Part shown: in pieces, positions 1 to 8,952 of the stretch | Layout of the letters: every line of letters begins with the position of its first letter | How positions within the stretch are numbered: the stretch's first letter is position 1 | DNA from: Candidatus Karelsulcia muelleri PSPU | GTDB taxonomy: Bacteria; Bacteroidota; Bacteroidia; Flavobacteriales; Blattabacteriaceae | DNA: 32,000 bases | Direction of reading: 5' to 3' | Assembly (NCBI RefSeq): GCF_000829155.1 | Contig: NZ_AP013293.1 | Span: forward strand, 60,001 to 92,000 | Program-made: the position numbers and the translations under genes | The notes under the pieces: model-generated | The model's input: the letters and a program-made list of their open reading frames with translations, nothing else | The model's database searches: none | What the model was told of the DNA's origin: nothing

Positions 1-1205
1 AAATAAAAAATGAAATAATTACTTTATATACAGGATTTGATCCTACTTATAAATCTTTACATATAGGCAATTTAGTAGCTATAATTATGTTAATACATTT
101 TCAAAAATATGGTCATAATATAATATCAGTTATTGGAGGTGGAACAGGAATTATTGGAGATCCATCTGGAAAAAATAGTGAAAGAAATTTAATAAAAAAA
201 GAACTTTTAAATTATAATATAAGAAATATAAGAAAACAATTATCTTTATATATAGATTTTAACTTTAAAAAAAGTGAAATATTAAATAATTATGAATGGT
301 TCAAAAAACATTTATTTATTGATTTTGTTAGAGATATAGGAAAAAATTTTTCAATTAATTATATGTTAACAAAAGATTCCATAAAAAAAAGAATTTCTAA
401 TAAAAAAAGTATTTCATTTACAGAATTTACATATCAATTATTACAAGCATATGATTTTTTTTATTTATATAAAAAAAAAAAATGTTCATTGCAAATAGGA
501 GGATCTGATCAATGGGGAAATATTACAAGTGGAATAGAACTTATAAGAAAAAAATTAGGAGTAAAAGTAAATGGATTAACATTTCCATTAATTACTAAAC
601 TTGATGGATCAAAATTTGGAAAAACTGAAAATGGAGAAAATATCTGGATAGATCCCAATTTAACTTCTCCATATGAATTTTATCAATTTTGGATAAATAT
701 TACTGATGATCAAGCAAAACAATATATAAAAATATATACTTTTCTTAAAAAAGAAGAAATAAAAGAAATTATTTATAATCATGAAAAAAACCCAAAATTA
801 AAATTAATTCAAAAAACAATAGCTGATGAAATAACTATTTTTATTCATGGAAAAGAAATTTTTAATAAAGTAAAATTTATATCAAATATTCTTTTTAAAA
901 AAGAAAAATCAATAAAAAAAATAAGTATAAATGATATTATATATATATATAAATATATTCCACATAAAAAAATATATATATATAATAATTTTAATATTCC
1001 AATATTAGATTTATTAGTAAATAAAAGTAATTTTTTAAAATCTAAAAAAAAAGCTATTAGACATTTGAAATTAAATTCAATACTTATCAATAAAAAAATT
1101 GTAGATGAAAAATTTATTTTAAAAAAAAATGATTTAATATCAGAATCATATGTTCTTTTACAAAAAGGGAAAAAAAAATTTTTTATGATTAAATTTAAAA
1201 AATAA
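1..1205 (+). CDS. tyrS: Tyrosyl-tRNA synthetase (5' end truncated by window edge)
   Basis: The frame is already open from nt 3. Upstream of the tracked ATG (87) it reads IKNEIITLYTGFDPTYKSLHIGNLV, the class I HIGH motif region. Later there is KFGKT (KMSKS-type) and a C-terminal S4-like tail. The start at 87 in the ORF track is therefore internal. Confidence 0.92.
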   Translation, partial: IKNEIITLYTGFDPTYKSLHIGNLVAIIMLIHFQKYGHNIISVIGGGTGIIGDPSGKNSERNLIKKELLNYNIRNIRKQLSLYIDFNFKKSEILNNYEWFKKHLFIDFVRDIGKNFSINYMLTKDSIKKRISNKKSISFTEFTYQLLQAYDFFYLYKKKKCSLQIGGSDQWGNITSGIELIRKKLGVKVNGLTFPLITKLDGSKFGKTENGENIWIDPNLTSPYEFYQFWINITDDQAKQYIKIYTFLKKEEIKEIIYNHEKNPKLKLIQKTIADEITIFIHGKEIFNKVKFISNILFKKEKSIKKISINDIIYIYKYIPHKKIYIYNNFNIPILDLLVNKSNFLKSKKKAIRHLKLNSILINKKIVDEKFILKKNDLISESYVLLQKGKKKFFMIKFKK

Positions 1206-2001
1206 TTTTTTTTATTTTTATTAATAGTAATAAATTACTTTTTTTTTCAAAAAAAGAAGTAATTTCAATTTGAGATTTTTTTATTAATTTATTAAAACTA
1301 ATATTATTAGAACCCATAATAATTTTTTTATGTGAAAAACGTTCTACAAAAATTAAAGATCTTATATTAAGAAAATTATCTTCTTCTTTAAAGAATTCTG
1401 TTGTTATATTAACGTAATATGGTATTTCTTTATTATATAATAATAATATATTTTTTCTTATAATTTCATTTACAATAAAACGTTCAGATCTATCTGTAAT
1501 AAGATCTTTAGGATAATATGGAGGATGATAAGGTATCTTATTTATAAGAATATTTATTAATTTATTAATATTAAATTTTAATAATGCTGATATTTCTAAT
1601 ATATAGAAATCAGGATAATTTGATTTTAAATTAAAAATTTCTTTTTTTAAAATAGAATTTTTATATTTATCAATTTTATTTAATAAAATAATTGTAAATT
1701 TAAATTTATTAATATTAATTTTTTTAAAAAAAAGTTCGTTATTTTTTCCTATTTCTGTTATATATATTACTATATCGGCCTCAGTTATAGATTTTTTAAT
1801 CTTCTTTAGAAGAAGACCTGGAGTATCATAAAAAATAATTTGAGAATTATATAAATTTAATATTCCCATTATATTATTACGTGTTGTATTAGCTTTATAG
1901 GTAACTATAGAAATATTTTTTCCTATAATAGCATTAATTAATGTGGATTTTCCTACATTAGGATATCCTATAATTTTTACAAAACCAGATTTATGAATCA
2001 T
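1195..2001 (-). CDS. era: GTPase Era
   Basis: G1 GYPNVGKST, G3 DTPG and G4 NKID motifs, followed by a KH-like C-terminal domain. 268 aa, shorter than typical Era. Confidence 0.85.
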   Translation of the reverse strand: MIHKSGFVKIIGYPNVGKSTLINAIIGKNISIVTYKANTTRNNIMGILNLYNSQIIFYDTPGLLLKKIKKSITEADIVIYITEIGKNNELFFKKININKFKFTIILLNKIDKYKNSILKKEIFNLKSNYPDFYILEISALLKFNINKLINILINKIPYHPPYYPKDLITDRSERFIVNEIIRKNILLLYNKEIPYYVNITTEFFKEEDNFLNIRSLIFVERFSHKKIIMGSNNISFNKLIKKSQIEITSFFEKKSNLLLLIKIKKIIF

Positions 2002-2033
2002 AAAAAAAAAATATATATTATAAATAAACTAAT

Positions 2034-4859
2034 ATGTTAGTTATGAATATTAAATATAATTTTAAAAAAATAGAAAATAAATGGCAGAAATATTGGAAAT
2101 ATAAAAATATTTTTAATAAAAAATTATTTTATAATAAAAAAAAATTTTTTATTTTAAATATGTTTCCTTATCCTTCTGGAGAAGGATTACATGTAGGCCA
2201 TCCTATAGGATATATTGCATCTGATATATATGCTCGTTATAAAAAATCTAAAGGATATAATGTTATTAATCCGATAGGCTTTGACTCATTTGGATTACCC
2301 ACAGAACAATATTCAATAAAAACAGGAATTCATCCTAAGATTATAACAAAAATTAATATTAAAAGATATAAATTACAATTATTAAGATTAGGTATATCTT
2401 TTAATTGGGAAAGAGAGATAAATACTAGTGATAAATCATATTATAAATGGACTCAATGGATGTTTATAAAAATGTTTAATTCTTGGTATGATAATATATT
2501 AAAAAAAGCAAGATCTATTAAAATTTTAATTAATGAATTTAATAGAAATGGAAATATTAATATTAATGCAGGTTCTCCATATAAAACAACTTTTAATGCA
2601 AATACATGGAAAAAATGTACTAATTTTGAAAAAGAAAAAATATTACAAAATTATCGTATAGCTTTTTTATCAAAAAGATCAGTCAATTGGTGTCCTGAAT
2701 TAGGAACTGTATTAGCAAATGATGAAATTCAAAATAATCTAAGTAAAAGAGGAGGATATCCTGTATATAAAAAAAAAATGTTACAATGGAGTATTAGAAT
2801 TAGTGCGTATTCTGAAAGACTTTTAAATGGTTTAAAAAAACTTAATTTTACTGAAAATTTAAAAAATTCTCAAATATCTTGGATAGGCAAAAAATATGGT
2901 ATAAAAATATTTTTTACATTAGAAAAAAATAAAAATATAAAATTAGAAATTTTTACAACCAAACCTTATACTATATTTGGGGTAACCTTTATAATTCTAC
3001 CATTAGAAAGTTCTTTTTTAAAAAGAAAAAATATAAAAAATTTTGTTGATAAAAGAAAATTTAATGAAGTAGAAAAATATATTTTAAATATAAAAAGTAA
3101 AAATATATTAGGAGTTTTTACAGGAAATTATGTTATACATCCATTTACTAGAAAAAAAATCCCACTTTTTATAAGTTCTTATATAAAAGATGATTATAAT
3201 TTAAATTCTATTATGTGTGTCCCAGCTCATGAGATTAATAGTTATAAATTTGCTATAAAGTTTAAAATAAAAATACTTGAAGTATTATATAATAAAAATA
3301 TAAAAAATAACATAAAATTATTTAATAATGAAAACAGTTTCTGTATAAATTCATCATTTTTAAATGGATTAAATTTAAAAAAATCTTATAATTTTATTGT
3401 TAATTTAATAACAAAAAATAATTTTGGAAAAAAAAGTATTTCTTTTAAATTAAAAGATGCTGTCTTTGCAAGACAAAGGTATTGGGGGGAACCCATACCA
3501 ATATTTTTTGAAAAAAAAATACCTAAAATAATAAATAAATTACCTTTATTATTACCATATATTGATACATATTTACCAAATAATAATGGAAATTCTCCCT
3601 TAACTCAAGCAAAATTTTGGGCTTGGGATAAAAAAAATAAAAAAATAGTATCTACATCTTTAATAAATTATAAAAATATTTTACCTTTAGAAACTAACAC
3701 TATGCCTAGTTGGGCGGGATCTAGTTGGTATTATTTACGATATATGGATCCTAATAATAAATATTTTTTTGTTAAAAAAAAAAAAGAAACATATTGGAAA
3801 TATGTTGATCTTTATATAGGAGGAATAGAACATGCTACAGGTCATTTAATTTATGCAAGATTTTGGCATAAATTTTTAAAAGATTATAATTTTGTTAGTT
3901 CAGAAGAACCTTTTAAAAAAATTATTAATCAAGGAATGATTTTAGGTAATTCTGCTATTATTTATTGTAATAATAAAAAAAAAGAATATATTACATCTAG
4001 TAATTTAGATTTTAAAGAAAAAAAAAAATTACAAAAAATTAATATAGATATAAAATATATTAAAGATAAGAATGAAGTGGATCTAGAAAAACTAAAAAAT
4101 TTGCGTTTTGGATTTGTATATAATAATTATAAATTTATTTTAAATAATGGAAAATTTACATGTGATCGTAAAATTGAAAAAATGTCTAAATCTAAATATA
4201 ATGTAGTTAATCCAGATTTTATTTATGATAAATATGGTGCTGATACTTTACGTATATATGAAATGTTTTTAGGACCATTAGAAAAATCTAAAATATGGGA
4301 TATAAAAAGTATAAATGGAATTTATAATTTTTTAAAAAAATTTTGGAATTTTTTTCATATAAAAGGGAAATTTTATATAGATGAAAAAACTCCTTCTATA
4401 GAAGAATTAAAAATTTTAAATAAAATGATAAATAAAATAAAAAATAATATATTAGATTATAATTTTAATATACCTATAAGTGAATTTATGATAACTTTAA
4501 ACAAGTTAATAGAAATAAAATGTTATAAAAGAAAAATATTAGAACCAATAACAATTTTATTTAGTTTTTATGCGCCACATTTTTCTGAAGAAATTTGGTA
4601 TAAATTAGGTAAAAAAAAATCTATATATTTTGCTAAATTCCCATATTTTGATATTAATTCTATTTTAGAAGATGAATTTAATTATCCAGTAACATTTAAT
4701 GGAAAATTTCGTTTTAAAAAAAAATTTAAAATAAATGAAAAAATAAATATGATTGAATATAAAATAATAAATAATAAAAAAACTCTATTTTATTTAAAAG
4801 AAAAAAAACCAAAAAAAATAATAATTATATTAAATAAAATAATTAATATTGTTTTTTAA
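2034..4859 (+). CDS. leuS: Leucyl-tRNA synthetase
   Basis: PSGEGLHVGHP (HIGH), a literal KMSKS, the CP1 segment TTKPYTIFG...VPAHE, and RQRYWGEPIP. The true start may be the second ATG at 2043 (MNIKYNFKKIENKWQKYW). Confidence 0.95.
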   Translation: MLVMNIKYNFKKIENKWQKYWKYKNIFNKKLFYNKKKFFILNMFPYPSGEGLHVGHPIGYIASDIYARYKKSKGYNVINPIGFDSFGLPTEQYSIKTGIHPKIITKINIKRYKLQLLRLGISFNWEREINTSDKSYYKWTQWMFIKMFNSWYDNILKKARSIKILINEFNRNGNININAGSPYKTTFNANTWKKCTNFEKEKILQNYRIAFLSKRSVNWCPELGTVLANDEIQNNLSKRGGYPVYKKKMLQWSIRISAYSERLLNGLKKLNFTENLKNSQISWIGKKYGIKIFFTLEKNKNIKLEIFTTKPYTIFGVTFIILPLESSFLKRKNIKNFVDKRKFNEVEKYILNIKSKNILGVFTGNYVIHPFTRKKIPLFISSYIKDDYNLNSIMCVPAHEINSYKFAIKFKIKILEVLYNKNIKNNIKLFNNENSFCINSSFLNGLNLKKSYNFIVNLITKNNFGKKSISFKLKDAVFARQRYWGEPIPIFFEKKIPKIINKLPLLLPYIDTYLPNNNGNSPLTQAKFWAWDKKNKKIVSTSLINYKNILPLETNTMPSWAGSSWYYLRYMDPNNKYFFVKKKKETYWKYVDLYIGGIEHATGHLIYARFWHKFLKDYNFVSSEEPFKKIINQGMILGNSAIIYCNNKKKEYITSSNLDFKEKKKLQKINIDIKYIKDKNEVDLEKLKNLRFGFVYNNYKFILNNGKFTCDRKIEKMSKSKYNVVNPDFIYDKYGADTLRIYEMFLGPLEKSKIWDIKSINGIYNFLKKFWNFFHIKGKFYIDEKTPSIEELKILNKMINKIKNNILDYNFNIPISEFMITLNKLIEIKCYKRKILEPITILFSFYAPHFSEEIWYKLGKKKSIYFAKFPYFDINSILEDEFNYPVTFNGKFRFKKKFKINEKINMIEYKIINNKKTLFYLKEKKPKKIIIILNKIINIVF

Positions 4860-4870
4860 CATTTAAGTAT

Positions 4871-6289
4871 ATGAAAAATAAAAAAAAAAAATTTCATCTT
4901 TTTAAATGTGTAGAATTTTTTTTTTATAAAGCAGCTAGAATAATGAATTTAGAACCAGGTCTACTTGAGCAAATAAAATCTTGTCATTATGTATATTGTA
5001 TGCGTTTTCCAATTTTATTAAAAAATAAAATAAAAATTATAGAAGCTTATAGGGCGCAACATTCTCATCATAAATTACCCTGTAAAGGGGGGGTCAGATT
5101 TAGTCCTTTAGTTACTAAAAATGAGGTAATGGGATTAGCTGCACTTATGACATATAAATGTGCTATAGTAAATGTTCCCTTTGGAGGGGCTAAAGGTGGA
5201 ATAAAAATAGATTCAAATAAAATTTCTTTTAAAGAGAAAGAAAAAATAATACGTAGATATACAGCAGAATTAATAAAAAAAAATTTTATAGGTCCAGGAA
5301 TAGATGTTCCTGCTCCAGATTATGGAACTGGAGAAAAAGAAATGAGTTGGATATTAGATACTTTTTTATCTTTAGTTCCAGGAAACTTAGATGGATTAGC
5401 TTGTGTTACTGGTAAACCTATTTCACAAGGAGGAATTAGAGGAAGAAAAGATGCTACTAGTTTAGGAGTTCTTTTTGGATTAAGAGAATTATGTAATTTA
5501 AAAGAGATCCTAAAACCGATAGGATTAGATTTAGGATTGCAAGGTAAAAAAATCATTATACAAGGATTAGGAAATGTAGGTTATCATACGGCGAAATTTC
5601 TTGAAAGAAATGATTGTATTATTGTAGCTTTAGCTGAAAAAGAAGGAGCCATTTATAATCCTAAAGGATTAAATATATCAAAAGTTATGGACTATTTCAA
5701 AGAAAAAAAAACTCTTTTAAATTTTCCGGGAGCCAAAACTCTTAAAAATAGTTCATCTGCATTAGAACTAGAATGTGATATTTTAATTCCAGCAGCAATA
5801 GAAAATGTTATTAACATAAATAATGCCCATCGTATAAAAGCAAAAATTATAGGAGAAGCTGCTAATGGTCCATTAACAAATTATGCTAATGAAATATTAT
5901 TAAAAAAAGGGGTAATAATTATTCCAGATATTTATTTAAATGCAGGTGGAGTAACTGTTTCTTATTTTGAATGGTTAAAAAATATTAGTCATGTACGTTA
6001 TGGTCGTATTGAAAAACGTTTTCAAGAAAAAATAAATATTTCAATTGTTAATTATATAGAAAAATTAAGTAAAAAAAAAATAAACTCTAAAGAAAGAAAA
6101 ATAATATTAAATGGACCTAATGAAATAGATTTAGTCCGTAGTGGACTTGAAGATACGATGATTAGTGCTTTTAATGAATTAATAATGATAAAAAATAAAA
6201 AAAAAATAGTAGATTTTCGTACCGCTGCATATTTTTTAGCAATTGAAAAAATTGAAAATTCTTATAAAGAATTAGGAATATTTCCTTAA
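4871..6289 (+). CDS. gdh: Glutamate dehydrogenase (Glu/Leu/Phe/Val dehydrogenase family, animal-like subtype)
   Basis: [19 protein letters not shown], the catalytic-Lys region FGGAKGG, the Rossmann motif GLGNVG, and [21 protein letters not shown]. Confidence 0.93.
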   Translation: [472 protein letters not shown]

Positions 6290-6319
6290 TAAAATAAATT
6301 TTTTAATTAAAAAAAAACT

Positions 6320-7174
6320 ATGATAAGAGAGTCTCATGATTATTTAATCAAACTTTGTACGCAAGTAAGAAGAGATATATTAAGAATGGTCCATTTAGCG
6401 AATTCTGGCCATCCAGGTGGTTCAATGGGATGTACGGAATATTTTGTTGCTTTATATAAAGTAATTATGAATTATGATTCTAAAAATTTTAATATAGAAG
6501 GCAAAAATGAAGATTTATTTTTTCTTTCTAATGGTCATATTTCTCCTGTATATTATAGTATATTATCAAGATGTAATTTTTTTCCATTGAAAGAATTAAA
6601 TTCTTTTAGAAAAATTAATTCTCGTTTACAAGGACATCCAACTCCATATGAAGGATTACCAGGTATACGTATTTCATCAGGATCATTAGGGCAAGGTATG
6701 TCAGTTGCTATAGGAGCAGCGATAGCTAAAAAACTTAATGGAGAGTCTACTGTAATTTATAGTTTACATGGTGATGGAGAACTTAATGAAGGTCAAATAT
6801 GGGAAGCCGTTTTATATGCTGGAGCTAAAAAAATAGATAACTATATAGCAACTATAGATAATAATGGTCAACAAATAGATGGGACTACAGATGATGTATT
6901 AAATTTAGGAAATATTAAATCTAAATTTGAATCTTTTGGGTGGATTGTATTAGAAGAAAATGAAGGAAATAATTTAATAAATGTTATTAATATAATTAAA
7001 TATGCTAAAAATTATATTAATAAAGGTAAACCTATATTGATAATTTTAAAAACGAAAATGGGGAATGGAGTAGATTTTATGAGTAAAGATAATTCTTGGC
7101 ATGGAAAAGCTCCTTCTTATGAAGAATTACAAAAAGCTTTAATACAACTTCCCCAAACATTAGTAGATTTTTGA
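6320..7174 (+). CDS. tkt: Transketolase, N-terminal (TPP-binding) subunit
   Basis: SGHPGGSMG, the GDGELNEGQIWEA TPP motif, 284 aa. Split-transketolase arrangement with the next gene. Confidence 0.93.
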   Translation: MIRESHDYLIKLCTQVRRDILRMVHLANSGHPGGSMGCTEYFVALYKVIMNYDSKNFNIEGKNEDLFFLSNGHISPVYYSILSRCNFFPLKELNSFRKINSRLQGHPTPYEGLPGIRISSGSLGQGMSVAIGAAIAKKLNGESTVIYSLHGDGELNEGQIWEAVLYAGAKKIDNYIATIDNNGQQIDGTTDDVLNLGNIKSKFESFGWIVLEENEGNNLINVINIIKYAKNYINKGKPILIILKTKMGNGVDFMSKDNSWHGKAPSYEELQKALIQLPQTLVDF

Positions 7175-7180
7175 AAAAAA

Positions 7181-8146
7181 ATGAAATTATATAAAAATAA
7201 AGGAATGAGAGAAACTCGTTCTGGATTTGGAGATGCATTATTAAAATTAGGTGAAAAAAATAGTAGAATAGTAGCATTATGTGCTGATCTGACTAATTCA
7301 TTATCAATGACAAAATTCTCTAAAATTTTTACAAAAAGATTTTTTCAAATAGGCATTTCAGAAGCTAATATGATGGGAATAGCAGCTGGCCTTACTATTG
7401 GTAATTATATTCCTTTTACTGGAACATTTGCAAATTTTTCTACCGCTCGTGTTTATGATCAAATACGTCAATCAATTGTATATTCTAATAAAAATGTAAA
7501 AATATGTGCATCTCATTCGGGTTTATCTTTAGGAGAGGATGGTGCTACTCATCAAAGTTTAGAAGATATAGGTATGATGAAAATGTTACCAGGTTTAGTA
7601 GTTATAAATACTTGTGATTATAATCAAACATATACTGCTACATTAGCTATATCAAAATATATAGGACCTGTATATTTAAGATTCGGTAGACCAGCAGTAC
7701 CTAATTTTACTAGTAAGAAGAAAAAATTTAAAATAGGAAAAGCCATTATACTTAATAAAGGAGAAGATGTAACTATAGTATCTACAGGTCATTTAGTATG
7801 GGAATCATTAGAAGCCGCTAAAATTTTAGAAAATGAAGGAATTTCATGTGAAATTATTAATATTCATACTATAAAACCATTAGATGAAAAATCTATACTT
7901 AAATCAGTATCAAAAACTAAATGTATAGTTACTGCAGAAGAACATAATTATTGGGGGGGATTAGGAGAAAGTATAGCAAGATTATTAAGCTTACATAATC
8001 CTTGTTTACAAGAAATAGTAGCTGTAAATGATACTTTTGGAGAAAGTGGTAAACCATTTGATTTAATGAAAAAATATTTTTTAAATAAAGAATCTATAAT
8101 AAAAAAAGTAAAAAAAATTTTAAAAAAAAAAAAAAAAATGTACTGA
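7181..8146 (+). CDS. tkt: Transketolase, C-terminal (pyrimidine-binding plus C-terminal domain) subunit
   Basis: FFQIGISEANMMGIAAGL and HSGLSLGEDGATHQSLEDIGMM. Starts 6 nt after the N-terminal subunit. Ends in a KKKKKMY tail encoded by an A17 run. Confidence 0.93.
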   Translation: MKLYKNKGMRETRSGFGDALLKLGEKNSRIVALCADLTNSLSMTKFSKIFTKRFFQIGISEANMMGIAAGLTIGNYIPFTGTFANFSTARVYDQIRQSIVYSNKNVKICASHSGLSLGEDGATHQSLEDIGMMKMLPGLVVINTCDYNQTYTATLAISKYIGPVYLRFGRPAVPNFTSKKKKFKIGKAIILNKGEDVTIVSTGHLVWESLEAAKILENEGISCEIINIHTIKPLDEKSILKSVSKTKCIVTAEEHNYWGGLGESIARLLSLHNPCLQEIVAVNDTFGESGKPFDLMKKYFLNKESIIKKVKKILKKKKKMY

Positions 8147-8147
8147 T

Positions 8148-8220
<73 letters not shown>

Positions 8221-8234
8221 CAAAATAAAAAATT

Positions 8235-8948
8235 TTGTATATAAAAGAAAAACTAAAATTAAATAGTTATTTATCAAAATCTGGCATTTCTTCTAGAAGA
8301 AATGCAGATAATTTAATTAAATCAGGAAAGATAAAAGTTAATGGAAAAATTATAAAAAAATTAGGATATATAATATATCCTAATGATATTGTTAAATATA
8401 AATATAAAATACTTTATCCTGAAAAAAAAATATATTTAATATTAAATAAACCTAAAGGTTATGTATCATCTATGAAAAAACAAGATAATAATAATATTGT
8501 TTTGGATTTAATAAAAATTAATTATAAAATATTTTCTATTGGAAGATTAGATCTAGAAACAAGTGGTGTCTTGTTATTTACAAATGATGGATATTTATCT
8601 AATAAATTAACACATCCAAAATTTAATATAAAAAAAATATATCATGTTGTTTTAAATAAACAAATTAATAATAAAGATTTATTAAAAATAAAAAATTTTT
8701 TTTCTTTTAAAGAAGGAAAAATAAAAATTGATAATATTTCTTATATAAAAAAATTACCTAAAAATAATATTAAATTAGAAATCCATATTGGTTGGAATAA
8801 AATAGTAAAGAGAATATTTCATTTTATGAAATATAAAGTTTTATATTTAAAAAGAATTAATTTTGGAGGAATTACTATAAAAGGATTAAAAATAGGAGAA
8901 TATAGATATTTAAAAAAAAATGAAATTTTATTATTAAAAAATTTATAA
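8235..8948 (+). CDS. Pseudouridine synthase, RsuA/RluB/RluE/RluF family, with N-terminal S4 domain
   Basis: LNSYLSKSGISSRRNADNLIKSGKIKVNG (S4 domain) and GRLDLETSGVLLFTNDG (catalytic Asp motif). The start is TTG at 8235 or ATT at 8232. An in-frame TAA lies at 8226-8228 and no ATG is available. Confidence 0.85.
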   Translation: MYIKEKLKLNSYLSKSGISSRRNADNLIKSGKIKVNGKIIKKLGYIIYPNDIVKYKYKILYPEKKIYLILNKPKGYVSSMKKQDNNNIVLDLIKINYKIFSIGRLDLETSGVLLFTNDGYLSNKLTHPKFNIKKIYHVVLNKQINNKDLLKIKNFFSFKEGKIKIDNISYIKKLPKNNIKLEIHIGWNKIVKRIFHFMKYKVLYLKRINFGGITIKGLKIGEYRYLKKNEILLLKNL

Positions 8949-8952
8949 TTTT

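Noticed and set aside
2034-2045. Alternative leuS start: ATG 2034 versus ATG 2043.
   Set aside because: This cannot be resolved from sequence alone. The conserved N-terminus (NIKYNFKKIENKWQKYW) fits either. The tracked coordinate is kept and the ambiguity flagged.
7172-7183. Possible UGA-to-Trp recoding (genetic code 4) or read-through fusing the two transketolase halves. tktN and tktC are in the same frame, separated only by TGA AAA AAA, and the only two TGA stops in the window belong to the tkt genes.
   Set aside because: The tRNA-Trp at 24488-24561 has anticodon CCA, not UCA. The conserved Trp positions I checked use TGG. All large genes are intact under the standard code. Reading through the tktC TGA would run into tRNA-Phe. 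Sharing a frame has a 1-in-3 chance, and split transketolases are normal in this phylum.
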